A stretch of 64,000 bases of DNA from Octopus sinensis (Eukaryota). A program made the translations under genes and the position numbers. Positions 49,751 to 63,297 of this stretch are shown here, in pieces (within the stretch, counting starts at the first letter, position 1; every line of letters starts with the position of its first letter). The stretch lies in contig NC_042998.1 in assembly GCF_006345805.1 (NCBI RefSeq), positions 27,900,001 through 27,964,000 of the forward strand. Reading direction: 5' to 3'. Below the pieces are notes generated by a model that saw only the letters and a program-made list of their open reading frames with translations, was not told the DNA's origin and did not search any database.

Positions 49751-49781
<31 letters not shown>

Positions 49782-49920
49782 GGCTTCCCAACCCCATGGT
49801 TTCGAGTTCAGTCCTACTGAGACTCGGTCAAGTGTCTTCGCATCATCTACTATAGTCTCGGACACACGAGAGCCTTGTGAATGGATTTGGTAGTCAGAAA
49901 CTGAAAGAAGCCCGTCGTAT
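49782..49920 (+). mobile_element. SINE family A fragment
   Basis: Diverged 5' half. Confidence 0.6.
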
Positions 49921-51162
49921 ACATACAAGTGCTCAAGACTGCATTGGCGGATAAATATTCTTTATTTGTGGGTTAAGAAGTCTAAGAATGTTTTCTTGTA
50001 AAGAGGTATATCTTAACAATTATCAAGCCTGCTACATTTTGGATGAGAATACACGAGTTTGTACAACACTCAACGGGATTTGGGGATAAATAGATAGATA
50101 TACAGGTCATGGGAGGTAAATTATTTTGGTTGTTGTCTCGCTTGCTTTAGCATTGGGATGATTGCAATGAACTGCGTTCACCATAGATTAATTAACTCCT
50201 TAATAACATTAAGTAAGATCACTTGTGCACTTTCAAATTTATAAATACACACGTATGTACCGATACACCTACATATAACGTATTGGACTGCACTTATGTT
50301 GAGCGTCTACGGTAAATCTATGTAAATTTTGATATATATATATATACATATATATGTATGTGTGTGTGTGTGGGGGGGGCGTGTGTATGTGGGTGTGTCT
50401 GCGTCTGTAGATGAGTGCCCACACATACACACACAGGCACACAGAGTGTTCGGACTGAATTTGATAGTTTGTGCTTAAAGGAAAGGGAAGCATAAAATTT
50501 CATCCAAAGATAAAAGTAATATGATGGATGTAGAATTTATGTTTTTTACGATCAAAGGAACATTCCTTCAGTCATAATTTGATTTTGTCGTCTGTCGTCT
50601 TTAATTAAAAAGAGCTTAGAGCACAGAAAGGTAACCCTTTCGTGCTGTGAGCATTCTGGCAAAATAGCTATTTTCCATTTCTACTTTGTTGAAAGCACAA
50701 TTCATGGAATATAAGAAATGTATATATGAATATACTTAAAAGGTTAACCATCTCCGTTGAATTCTGGTTAATTGAAATGAGTCCTATAAGGAGTGTTTAT
50801 GGTTCAGTTTGGTAAGAAATCTTTGCTTCTCTAGAAAGGAAACATAAAAAAATATAGAAACTAAGGGCAACGCAGATGACAGGAAGAAAGGAAACATACT
50901 TAAGATATATTTATTTATTTATTCACTCGTCAATCCAAGGTGCATGAACGTAATGTAATATTCTGGGTTCAGGTACAAGTTGCGTACGTAATAATGTTTT
51001 CTCTATATAGTTATGCATAAATTAAGTCGATATATTTATATATATATGCCCGGATTCTCCAATTATTAATTTTTAGCGGTGGTGCCCCAGTATGGCCGCG
51101 GCCTTCGGGCTGAAACACTTTTAAGGATTTTAAGGATATACACACACAAACACACATATATA

Positions 51163-51555
51163 GGCGCAGGAGTGGCTGTGTGGTATGTAGCTTGCTTATC
51201 AACCACATGGTTCCGGATTCAGTCCCACTGCGTGGCACCTTGGGCAAGTGTCTTCTACTATAGCCCCGGGCCGACCAAAGCCTTGTGAGTGGATTTGGTA
51301 GACGGAAACTGAAAGAAGCCCGTCGTATATATGTATATGTATGGGTGTGTGTGTGTGTGTATGTGTTTGTCCTCCCCAACATTGCTCGACAACCGATGCT
51401 GGTGTTTCTATGTCCCCGTAAATCAGCGGTTCGGCAAAGAAGCCCGATAGAATAAGTACTATGCTTACAAAGAATAAGTCCTGGGGTCGATTTGCTCGAC
51501 TAAATGCGGTGCTCCAGCATGGCCACAGTCAAATGACTGAAACAAGTAAAAGAGT
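51163..51555 (+). mobile_element. SINE family A
   Basis: Full-length match. Confidence 0.9.
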
Positions 51556-51566
51556 ATATATATATA

Positions 51567-51750
51567 TAGAAGAAGTAGAAAGATATATTTTTTCAACGCG
51601 TAAATACTGAACAATATATATAAAGGATAAAATCCTTTTAAAAGAAGAAAAATTTGCCGGCAAATTTTTTTGCTCTTAAAAGTACTTTATCCTTTATATA
51701 TACTGTCCAGTATTTACCTGTTGAAAAAATATATCTTTCTGCTTGTTCTA
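51567..51750. repeat. Imperfect ~185-bp palindrome with no spacer
   Basis: Centre AAAAATTTGCC|GGCAAATTTTT at 51658/51659. The arms pair out to TAGAAGAAGTAGAAAG and CTTTCTGCTTGTTCTA. Confidence 0.8.
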
Positions 51751-52382
51751 CAATACATTTCAACGCTTTTATTTATATATATATATATAAATAATATTAA
51801 TTATTTAAATTTATGTTTATATATATATATATATATACACTTATATACACAAACCTATATATATATATATACATACATATGCATTCACACATATAAACAT
51901 ATATATATCTCCTGCATTTTGCTTCTTTCTTGAATGATGTGTCTCTGTAGTAGACACGCAATATTATGAATGTTATTTATTTTAAAAAGAGTGTTATAAA
52001 CCTTATTGATCAAACAAAATTCTATACAATACTACAAAGAAAATATGTCGGGTTGTTTAATCAACTTTGCTGTTGGATCTTGCTGGAGAGCAATTCATTG
52101 CAAATAAATGTTATGCAAAATAGGACGCTGTACGGAAATGAAAAGGGATTTAATCAAGACTCTGTTTAAATTAATTAGCTGTAGTCAACTGCATTAACAA
52201 CAGGAAATTATGGATATTAACAATGCATAGTAACATACAAATCGACCGGGTTTGCATTCACAAATTAAAAGGATTCAATCATTCATTACCTTGACAGAAT
52301 TTACGCTAAAGGAATTATCTAAAGGAATCTGAATACTACGTTGGTAATGTTACTTCGATCTATATAAAAGATCAGTATATCT

Positions 52383-52612
52383 ATTTCTTTACTACCCACA
52401 AGGGGAAACACAGAGAGGATAAACAAGGACAGACAAACGGATTAAGTCGATTATATCGACCCCAGTGCGTAACTGGTACTTATTTAATCGACCCCGAAAG
52501 GATGAAAGGCAAAGTCGACCTCGGCGGAATTTGAACTCAGAACGTAACGGCAGACGAAATACGGATACACATTTCACCCGGCGTGCTAACGTTTCTGCCT
52601 GTTCGCTGCCTT
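52383..52612 (-). mobile_element. SINE family B, single module
   Basis: Reverse-strand match. Confidence 0.85.
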
Positions 52613-52632
52613 ATCAGTATATCGTTTCATCT

Positions 52633-53019
52633 TCTACTTGTTTCAGTCATTAGACTGCGGCCATGCTGGGGCGCTGCCGCGAAGAAGTTTAGCCGAAGGA
52701 ATCCAGATCAGTGCTTATTACTTTTTTTTTTTAAAGCTTGGCCCTTATTATATCGGTTGCTTTTTCCGAACCGTTAAGTTTCAGGGACGGAAAAGAAATT
52801 TACATGGTTGTCAAGACACTAAGACTAACACAGACAAATATTTACACGCACATATATATATAAGACAAGCTTCTTTCAGTTTCTGTCTCCCAGACCCATT
52901 CACAAGGCTTTGGTCGTCCGTGGTTATAGCAGAAGACCCTTCCTAAGTACCACACAGTGGGACTGAACCGGAACCATGTAGTTGAAAAGCAGACTTCTTA
53001 CCACGCAACCACGCCTGCT
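52633..53019 (-). mobile_element. Diverged SINE family A
   Basis: Recognisable head and tail. Confidence 0.7.
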
Positions 53020-53718
53020 CATATATTTATTATAAAGTGATTTAAAAAAAATTTCATTGCTCCTGTGGTGATAATACTAAATTTTAAAATTATTGAATAC
53101 TGACATATTTTAAACTGACAGATACTTTAAATCTTCCCGTACAAAACAAAAATTGCAGCTCATCTTACCAGTGTCAAAATGGAAATACCAGTGATTGGGA
53201 CATTTTATCATATCATTTTCTTTGTCATTGCGGGCAAAAATGCATCTTAGAAAACAAAAAGATTATTTCTGCGGATGGTTAAAGTAGAGATCTCGATTAG
53301 CGTTCCAGATTGACGTTATGATTGTATATTTCTTTATTTGCTAGATTATCTTTGAAACTAATTCGATTCTATATTAGTTGACAGGTACCTGTATGTTAAA
53401 CTAATTCCAATTTTCTTCAGGCAACGTTACACAACATTCTGTGAACGAAAAATCGAAAGGATTTTTAATTAAAAAAGTCACCCAAATGACTTAGGTTTCA
53501 CTGCGTAATCTCATCTATATAAAAATTTTAAGCGCATTCTTATTCGGAAAATTATGTAGATGTGAAAATCGGAAATCAAAATTTCTTTGCAAATATTTCA
53601 ATTTAAAAATATTAATGATAATTGCAACAAAATTGAGAAATGACAACCTATGGTTTAGAATACCATGAAGAGAATAAAAGTGAAAAACAATGTAGAATTC
53701 TCAAGCAAGATAAAAACA

Positions 53719-53719
<1 letters not shown>

Positions 53720-53783
<64 letters not shown>

Positions 53784-53828
53784 GTCTGTCTGTCTGTCTG
53801 TCGTCTGTCTGTCTGTCTGTCTGTCTAT
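53720..53828. repeat. (TCTA)n/(TCTG)n microsatellite
   Basis: Directly visible. Confidence 0.95.
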
Positions 53829-54548
53829 CGAGCTATCTATATACATGTACATGCATCAGATTAAGAAGTGCTCACTCGGCAGTAAAAAAAAAGAAATTAA
53901 GTTTTATGTATTGAAAATGAAGGACGACACTTTCAACACCTCTTATAAAGCTTTTTTTTAAGTCTTGCAAAGTCAAATATATTTTTTCATAGTCTTTTAT
54001 CAGCTTATAGATATTTATTTCGCAATAAAATTCTGCAGAGAGACGTTTTGAACATCCTGGCAGACAATTTTCACATTTGACCGATTACTCTCCTTACCTT
54101 AAATTTATTTCTATTAATATTTCTTAATTCTTTTATAGCCTTCGTTCTAATTATTTATCACTATAAATCTTCTTTACCGTCCTGACTTTGTTATATCTCT
54201 AGAACTAACCGGTTTCCCACACTGCTATTGAATTTCTATTCTGATTACGAGACTTGCTTATCAGATTTCTGCTACCAATAAAATAAAATCTCCTTTCAAT
54301 CAAATATTAACAACGTTAGCTGACTGACTGATTATCCACTTTCATAGAATGAAGCTTTCCATTTGTTTTCCAATAAAAGAACCAGATAGAGGAAACGACT
54401 TTCTATGGTGGTTGAATAAACCATCAGGTGACTATTAAAATCTCAGTGAAATCAAACTTCTTTATACATTGACATATATACACATATGTAAGTACAAATG
54501 CAAGCTCAATATAAGCGTATACATACATATACACGTATGTATATTTAT

Positions 54549-54900
54549 GGTAAGATGTTTGCTTTCCAACCACATGCTCCTTAATTCAATCCCACTCCGT
54601 GGCACCATGGGCAAGGACCCTCTACTAATAACCTCAAAGCCTTGTAAGTGGATTTGGTAGACGGAAGCTGAAAGAAGACCATCATATATAAGACCATCTT
54701 GTCTTCGTTTGTCCCCACCAGCGCTTGACAACTTGTGTTAGTGTGTTTATGTATCTGTAACTTAGCGGTTCGGCAAAAGACCGATACAATAAGTACCAGG
54801 CTTAAAAACGCAAGTGCTGGAGTCGATTCGTTCCACTGAAGTTCTTCAAGGCAATGCCTCAGTATGGTCGCGGTCTAAGGACTGAAACAAGTAAAAGATA
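54549..54900 (+). mobile_element. Diverged SINE family A
   Basis: Recognisable along its length. Confidence 0.7.
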
Positions 54901-54920
54901 AAAAATATACATTCATACGT

Positions 54921-55813
54921 AGGAGGTCTGTTCAATATGTATCCGGACTGTTGCCAGAGTAACGAAGCTACAACACACAGACTGAAGTTGCTGGGCACAG
55001 ACTGACCTTGATCTCTGCTGTGCACGCGCACTAAGTTTAATCGTTCTAGCTCACTTATGCTGTTTACAGCAGTGCTTGGAAGGAAGGTGTGTAGCATGTG
55101 AAAGGCGCATTGACCATGACAGAGAAAGTTGTCATGGTGACACCTGCTTAGAGGTCTATACAAAGTTGTAGAAAGTGTATGGGGAGGAGTGTATAAACCG
55201 CATCCAAGTGTACGAGAGGTTCAGATGTTTCCAAGATGGCTGAAAAAATGTCAATATTGACGCACGTTCTGGGAGTTCTGCCAGCAGCAGAACTGGGGAT
55301 AACATCGCAGATGTATGTGCAGCTGTGAGGGGAAATCGTCGAATCACCATCTGTGAGTTTTCAGAGTATGTGCAGATTAGTTACGGTTCAATTGAGTCCA
55401 TTATCATTGAAGATTTGGGTATGAGACGCGTGTCTGCCAAGTTTGTGCCAAAATTGCTTTCAACTGACCAAAAGGACACTTGGGCTTCAGTTACACAAGA
55501 TCTTGATTGTGTCTAGAACGATGAAAACTTTTCGGATGCTTCGCGTGGGCCTGAGAGTAGGTATCGCAAAGCTCTTGGCAAAATTTGGTGCAGATTCTCT
55601 GCTCAAATTTCTGTCATGGTCAATGTGACGAACACACATTAAACACGTTACTTCCAAGCAGTGCCGTAAACAGCGGAAGTGACCTAGAACGTTAAAATTT
55701 AGTGTGCATGCACAGCAGCGTTCAAGGTCAATCTGTTCGAAGCGGTTTCACTTTACGTGCTTTAACTTCGTTACTATGGCAACAGCCCAGATACTTATAG
55801 ATCAGACCACGCA
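54921..55813 (+). mobile_element. Deleted mariner transposon with long inverted repeats
   Basis: Terminal IRs GAGGTCTGTTCAATATGTATCCGGACTGTTGCC and GGCAACAGCCCAGATACTTATAGATCAGACC. Transposase remnant RRITI..QISYGSI..II.EDLGMRRVSAKFVPKLL matches the WVPHEL-type motif. Confidence 0.8.
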
Positions 55814-56862
55814 TGTGTGCATATGCGTGTGCATGTATGCATGTATTTTACAGTAACATTAGATTTTTTAATGGTGATTATTTACCGCGTATTCTGTTAT
55901 ACAGGCATAAAGAAGCACTCGCACGCACATACAATGCACGAATACATATATGCCAATATACCTCGCAAGAACGCAACACAATGATTATGTTTTCATGGCA
56001 GAAGCTGGTAATATAGACGGTCATTATTCGGCGATTCATGCACGAAGACTGTTTACTCAATGAAATTATCACGCTAACCCAATCCTTAGCCGAAGCCAGT
56101 TTGGAAGCTACTTGCTCATCAGTGGTTGTTGAATTTATTCCTGTTGGCTAAGTCATGTTCTCCCGCGAATAATTTCAAAAAGCTATTAAACTGTAAAAAC
56201 ACAAACCTCATATAAGAAAAAATATCTTTGTCTTAATGGGCTTAACTTTCAAATTGTCCTGAATTCTATTTTCCAGATTGGTGAAGGAAAAAGTGACTGA
56301 GTTAGATTCAAACGATTAATCACGTAGAACGGCTTTGAAAACAAAGAATAGCCCCAGTAGGAAAGTGGCCAGAAGTTTGGAATTGCATGTTTGCTGAGAA
56401 GTGTGTCAGTGTAATCAGCCAAGCGATAGATTTTGAGCAACAATAGCGAATCATAACATTACGTGCGTCGAAGTGCGTTTGCTATTTATGTCTATTTCAA
56501 ATACAAAGCTTTATAAGTGATAGAAAAATAGAAATTCAATCGCAGTGTAGGAAACCGGTTAGGTCCAGAGATTTAACAGAGTCAGGAAGGTAAAGAAATA
56601 TATGTGTAGCGAGATCACACCTAAAATGTGTTGCGCTATAGGGGCGCTAATACAGATTAACTTCAATAACCGGTTTAAGTATGGGTATGCACTTTTCGAA
56701 TGAAGCCACTTTTGGTTGAAGTTTGGTTATCTAAGGTGGCTGCTTTGTTGATTTGTTGAAGGAGTCGTAATCTCGGTGGTTAAGACATATGAATGTGTGT
56801 ATTTGTAAATATATATCAATAGGATAAGCATATTTATCAACTATATAAGTATATGTATATGA

Positions 56863-56924
<62 letters not shown>

Positions 56925-56925
<1 letters not shown>

Positions 56926-57055
56926 TCGTTGGTTTAGGCAAACACTATCTGAGAGAGATCTTCTTTAAGTATTAGAAATAGCTGAAGAAATTTCTTTAGC
57001 TGCTATTTCTAATGAGTTCAGTATGTGGCAAAGTAATTTATTTTACTAAGCCCTT
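56925..57055 (-). mobile_element. Diverged dispersed fragment of the 551-bp satellite unit
   Basis: Aligns to about 35835-35955 and ends at the same TACTAAGCCCTT terminus. Flanked by (TA)n. Confidence 0.85.
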
Positions 57056-57064
57056 ATATATAAT

Positions 57065-57130
<66 letters not shown>

Positions 57131-58340
57131 ATAGTTACTCCCGCCATTTACCCGCACTTATATATAGGGCGAAGGCAATTCGTTGTCGCTCATTTCGTCG
57201 CCGGAAAATACATCGTCCTTCTGTTGTTGGCCAAGAAGTTTTTAATCCTTTCATCGCTTGTAAATGTCATTACTATCCAAATCAGAATATGACCAGTTTC
57301 TGTCATTAAATTATTCTGGTTTCAGTTTGTATAGCTTTAGATGAATTCACGCATGCGTAAAAGACAAATATTTCTTAACTCCGAATGTTAGGTTGTTTCC
57401 ATCCAATCATTGCTGTGAGTTTTTCTCCGAATGATTTTGAGATGAAATTTCTTCAATATATAACGTAAATAAATTCTCTGTGTAAATAAGTGAAGCAATG
57501 AGATTAGCTTATATATAAAGAAAAAATATTTTCACTCTGTTACAAAGAATATATTGATGACAACCAAAGTGCAAAAATTTATCCAAGAAAAAGAAATCTG
57601 TCAAAACAAGAAAGAGAGCAACAAACATACCAGGAATATGATAAACAATTACAATACAAAAAATTATCAATTTCTTGAAAGTAGTTTCTCAGAACGTGAA
57701 ATGTTAATATCTTCTTTAGGTTTAGGTTTTGCTTGCCATTTTTATGTGTTCTGGATAAACGTTAAAATAAAATATTTTCATTTAAAATATTTAATATATT
57801 ATAGTTCTAATTTATTATTTATATAACGATCTAAATTTTGTACTGCTATTTAACGTCCGTTTCTCTGTTTTGTTGTGTTCAAAAAATAACGAGAAGAAAT
57901 TAATGAAAACAAAAAAGAAAAAAAAGGATTGTGAATGAAACTTTACACGTTCTCTGTTTTGTTCGTTTTCGATATCAGATTTTAATTTTCGTTAATTTTC
58001 TTTTATATACTTGTATTGGATATATGATATAACGAAGCAGGGGGAAGAAGGTATATACACGAACACACTACTATTACTATTACACGAGACACTCAACGCC
58101 GCTCTATATCAAATGCTCATAGTGAACTGCTACCAACACGATGATTCTTTATTTAGCACTTAGGACATAATGCAGAGGGGACAGTACAAGGACAGACAGA
58201 ATAACACAGTGGGAGCAAAAACATGAAACGTTCTTTGTTTTATAACAATGAGACAATCCACTTTTAGTCAATTGAGGGGTAGTCGGAATCCTTCCATAAC
58301 ATTTTCACTTTATAATATCCACAGAAAGATAGTTTTTAAT

Positions 58341-58746
58341 CGCAGGAGTGGCTGTGTGGTAAGTACCTTGCTAACCAACCACATGTTCCGGGTTCAGTCC
58401 TACTGCGTGGCATCTTGGGCAAGTGTCTTCTGCTACAGCCCCGGGCCGACCAATGCCTTGTGAGTGGATTTGGTAGACGGAAACTGAAAGAAGCCTGTCG
58501 TATATATGTATATATATATATATGTATGTGTTTGTGTGTCTGTGTTTGTCCCCCTAGCATTGCTTGACAACCGATGCTGGTGTGTTTACGTCCCCGTCAC
58601 TTAGCGGTTCGGCAAAAGAGACCGATAGAATAAGTACTGGGCTTACAAAGAATAAGTCCCGGGGTCGATTTGCTCGACTAAAGGCGGTGCTCCAGCATGG
58701 CCGCAGTCAAATGACTCAAACAAGTAAAAGAGTAAAGAGTAAAGAG
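58341..58746 (+). mobile_element. SINE family A
   Basis: Full-length match. Confidence 0.9.
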
Positions 58747-58814
58747 AGTCAGTTTAACTCAAGACCTAGTTTAAGCCACTTTTAAAACTTAGCGATATTC
58801 TGATTTAAATATTG

Positions 58815-59024
58815 GTCTTAAATTTTGTCACAATGCCACCCCTTTTGGGGGAGGAGGAAAGTCGATCACATCGACACCAATGCCAAACTGGTACTTATTT
58901 TATCGACAATGAAAGGAGGAAAGGCAAAGTCGACCTCAGCGGAATTTGAACGCAGAACATGACGACGGACGGAAGGCCGCTAAGCATTTTGCCCAGCGTG
59001 ATAACGATTTTGTCAGACCGCTGC
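58815..59024 (-). mobile_element. Diverged SINE family B
   Basis: Reverse-strand match to the short form. Confidence 0.65.
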
Positions 59025-59275
59025 TTATTCTAACTTTCATTTTGGTAATAATATTTCATGAGAAATTATCTGGCGATAAATTGTCTGGAAGAGAGTGGAA
59101 TAACCCATAACAAGAGACAGACTTGTACTACAAGAATGTTGACAAAAAAAGAATATTTTATAATGAACTATGCTATTTCACTTTCCAGCTTAGAAATACG
59201 TAGCCGTGAGAATACAATTTTAGACAAACATATAAACCTTAAATCGCAACCCCACCACAGGCGAGTCACACACTC

Positions 59276-59278
<3 letters not shown>

Positions 59279-59310
<32 letters not shown>

Positions 59311-59364
59311 TATCTATCTATCTATCTATCCATCCATCCATCCACATACCTCCCTGTCTGTCAG

Positions 59365-59427
<63 letters not shown>

Positions 59428-59515
59428 CTATCTATCTATCTATCTATATCTATCTATCTATCTATCTCTATCTATCTATCTATCTATCTACTATCTATCT
59501 ATCTATCTATGTCTG

Positions 59516-59605
<90 letters not shown>
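59279..59605. repeat. Compound (CT)n/(TCTA)n/(TA)n microsatellite
   Basis: Directly visible. Confidence 0.95.
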
Positions 59606-59607
<2 letters not shown>

Positions 59608-60028
59608 AGAAACAAGCAACAAGAATGGATTATCCATTCTTGTTGCTTTTTTCTTGTTTATAATCACTCCACATTACTTTATGGTTAATACCATATAGAT
59701 TTCTGGTGCATCTAAGTTAATACCGCATTCATGTGAATTAATTGGAACTCACTTGAATCTTAATTGCTTTTACTGAGAGTGTATATATATATATATATAC
59801 ACATACAATTACACATACGTAGACATACGTGCATGCACACACATACGCATACGTTTAACCCATTTATAGCCTTTGTAGACTCGTGTATCCATACTTAAAG
59901 TAGGTAACATTTCATTGTTTGCGTATGGCATTTTGACGGCCAAATTAGAGCCCAGTTGTATATCAATGAATAATTGAATGTTGCCTGTCAAGTTTGTGAC
60001 AGTCATATTTTATAACTAAGTACAGCGT

Positions 60029-60090
<62 letters not shown>

Positions 60091-60429
60091 ATACAAACAT
60101 GTGTGTACAGTATATGTGTGTTTACGTGGATAAGTGGTTAGGTGTGTTGCACTATCGATATATACCATTCTCCTGATATGAACCATTCTGTGATTATTTT
60201 AGAACAAAATTATAGTAATCCATGATTCAAGGATTTTTCTTTGAGCGAATTTATATTCTGCATGAGGTGTGGCTTGGATGGACCCAGCACTGACTTTCCA
60301 TATGAAAGCTCCGCGCTAAATTTCGTATTTTCAACATACGTTTTAAGTATGCTTTAAAATTACCACCGGAACTACTTTTCGTATTACACTAGCATGAAGC
60401 TCAATAAGAAACCCTACATTTATTGCAAT

Positions 60430-60814
60430 GGATGGAAGCACTCCGTCGGTTACGATGACGAGGGTTCCGGTTGATCCGATCAACGGAACAGCCTGCTCGT
60501 GAAATTAACGTGTAAGTGGCTGAGCACTCCACAGACACGTGCACCCTTAACGTAGTTCTCGAGGATATTCAGCGTGACACAGAGAGTGACAAGGCCGGCC
60601 CTTCGAAATACAGGTACAACAGAAACAGGAAGTAAGAGTGATAGAAAGTTGTGGTGAAAGAGTACAGCAGGGATCACCACCATCCCTGCAGGAGCCTCGT
60701 GGAGCTTTAGGTATTTTCTCTCAATAAACACTCACAACGCCCGGTCTGGGAATCGGAACCGCGATCCTACGACCGCGAGTCCGCTGCCCTAACCACTGGG
60801 CCATTGCGCCTCCC
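60430..60814 (-). mobile_element. SINE family C
   Basis: Full match. TSD TTTAT(T/A)GCAAT at 60419-60429 and 60815-60825. Confidence 0.9.
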
Positions 60815-60961
60815 TTTATAGCAATACTACTACTTTTACTAATGGTAGTTTGTACAACCTGCAACATCATTTACTCTTCTTAGGTGCATTAAAGAAATAT
60901 CAATTGCTGTTCATTTTATTACTAGCAATTTACGGAAAATGCATACTATCGAAAGTCTCAG

Positions 60962-61170
60962 TGTTTGTGTTTGTCCACCATCACGCTTGACAACCGCTGT
61001 TGATGTCTTTACGTTTTAATAGCCTAGCGGTCTGGCAAAAGAAACCGATGGAGTAAGCACCAAGCTTCAAAAATAAGAACTGCAGTTGATTTGTTCGACT
61101 AAAAAGTAAAGTAATCATTGAAGACGTTGCTCCTGCTTGGCCGTTGTCTAATGACCGAAACATGTAAAAG
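60962..61170 (+). mobile_element. Diverged SINE family A 3' half
   Basis: Shares its variants with 4984-5163. Confidence 0.65.
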
Positions 61171-61218
61171 ATAATAAGAATCATGTTGCGGTCGGTTACG
61201 TTTCTACGCCGATATTAT

Positions 61219-61588
61219 ATTCTTTTCTACTCAAAGCACAAAACCCGAAATTTTGGGGGAGGGACCAGTCGATTAGATCGCAACTGGTACTTAATTTATC
61301 AACCCCGAAAGGATGAAAGGCCAAATCGACCTCGGCGAAATTTGAACTCAGAACGTAGCGGCAAACTAAGTACTTATTTCTTTACTACCCACAATGGGCT
61401 AAACACAGAGAGGACAAACAAGGAGAGACAAACGGATTAAGTCGATTATATCGACCCCAGTGCGTAACTGGTACTTATTTAATCGACCCCGGAAGGATGA
61501 AAGGCAAAGTCGACCTCGGTGGAATTTGAACTCAGAACGTAGCGGCAGACGAAATACCGATAAGCATTTCGCTCGGCGTGCTAACGAT
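61219..61588 (-). mobile_element. SINE family B
   Basis: Reverse-strand match including module and tail. Confidence 0.8.
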
Positions 61589-61597
61589 TTTTTTCTT

Positions 61598-61768
61598 CGA
61601 GCAATCTCGAGTATAACAAGCCGAAATTGCAAAGATAATCTGGAACTTGACTGAGGATAGAAAACTCCGAATGGCCAGTCCTGGGTTTCTTTGTATCGTT
61701 TGGCTGGATGTTTTGTTGTCCCTTTTTTGTATCACCTGTCTGGCTGTTTTGCGTTCTTGTCCCATTTT

Positions 61769-61770
<2 letters not shown>
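61598..61770 (+). mobile_element. Family E fragment
   Basis: Homologous to about 45710-45885. Ends at (TA)n. Confidence 0.6.
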
Positions 61771-61801
<31 letters not shown>

Positions 61802-61803
<2 letters not shown>

Positions 61804-61965
61804 GATGAGCTTCTTTCAGTTTCCGTCTACCAAATCCAATTAGAAGGCTTTGGTCGGCCCGAGGCTATATATAGTAGAAGACATTTACCCAAGCTAACAC
61901 GCAGTAGAACTGAACCCCGAATTTGTGGCTGGGAAAAATACTTTTTACCACTCAACCACACCTGT
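61802..61965 (-). mobile_element. SINE family A 5' half
   Basis: Diverged match. Confidence 0.65.
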
Positions 61966-62451
61966 GTCCATAAATAATACTGACGATAAATAATAGATTA
62001 TTTTGTTTGTCTCTAGTCTTTGAAGATTTTGTGTTATATATATATATATATATATATAATAGATAATGTGTATAGATAATGTATTTTTCTATTCTTTGAT
62101 TATATAATAACATAGATCGTCATTTATTCTGTATTTCGTGGTTTAGTTTAACTTGAACAGCTTTGCATATGCATGTGTGCATCTATTGTAAATGTACGTA
62201 CATATATTTATATGCACAGACACACACATGTATATAAATATATATATATGTGTGTGGTTGCACAGTTATGTGTACAACGGTATTATCTGAAATAAGATGT
62301 AATCATTTGTGTAACACGCAGAAAAATATGCAAGTTTCCTTCAATTAACTTCATTGTCAAATAACCCCGAAGCATTAGAAATATCGGGAGAGAAAGAAAG
62401 GAGGGGAAAAAAGAGATCATAAGCAACAGAAACAAAGGAAAGAGCAAATAA

Positions 62452-62458
<7 letters not shown>

Positions 62459-62518
<60 letters not shown>
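62459..62518. repeat. (GA)n microsatellite
   Basis: Directly visible. Confidence 0.95.
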
Positions 62519-62521
<3 letters not shown>

Positions 62522-62906
62522 GTAAGAATGTGAGAGAGAATTAGGGAGGGAGTGAGAAAGACAGAGGGAGTAGGGGCGAGTAGAAAGTAAATAGCAGAAA
62601 ATTTGCTAAATACAAATTAAATTTGAAATTTCTTTGTGAAGAAGATTATTTTTTCCCTATATGTGCTATTCAGTAAAAATAATAAATACGGTTAGTAAAA
62701 TATGTACAAAGGCTATTTATGATATTGCAGACTCTTATCTTAAAGTTGAATATAATTATTGTATAACTAATTACATACAGAAAAATCATTAAGAAAGGAC
62801 ACAATTATCAGCACGAAGAATTTGTAAATATTTGAATGATTTCTTTAAGTAGGAGCTGAGTTCTATGTGGAGTGGAATATCAAACTTCTTGTAACCACGT
62901 CTCCAA

Positions 62907-63297
62907 TCTTTCTCTATATAAAGCTGAAGTTGTCTGTGTATGGCAGGTTTGGTAGCCTTCAACTAACACTATCTCCTCCGAGACCCTACGGTGCAAGTTG
63001 ACCAAAATTGAGAGTATGATAGAAGAAGGCTTGCTCTTCCTTCCGTAGAAGAAAATTCAAATCGAACCATGTTAAGACCAAAAATGATTTACATCAAAAA
63101 GGTGCTTTTTTTCTATGAAAATCCCTATTTTTTTACGAATTTTTGACTGCTGCGTCGCCATTTTTCGGTGTATTTCAACCAGAAAAATGTTCACTTAAAG
63201 AGAATAACAAGCTACATAATGCAAACTTTTTACTTTTCAAAAAATCCAATTCTAAATGGTCGAAACAAACCCGAGCAACGCCGGGCAATACTGCTAG
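62907..63297 (+). mobile_element. Non-autonomous Helitron with a different interior
   Basis: A|TC start and a 3' end ACAAACCCGAGCAACGCCGGGCAATACTGCTAG|T shared with the 8203 and 14894 copies. Confidence 0.7.

Noticed and set aside
57130-57300. Possible mariner C-terminal remnant on the minus strand
   Set aside because: Similarity is too weak and no TIR is seen.
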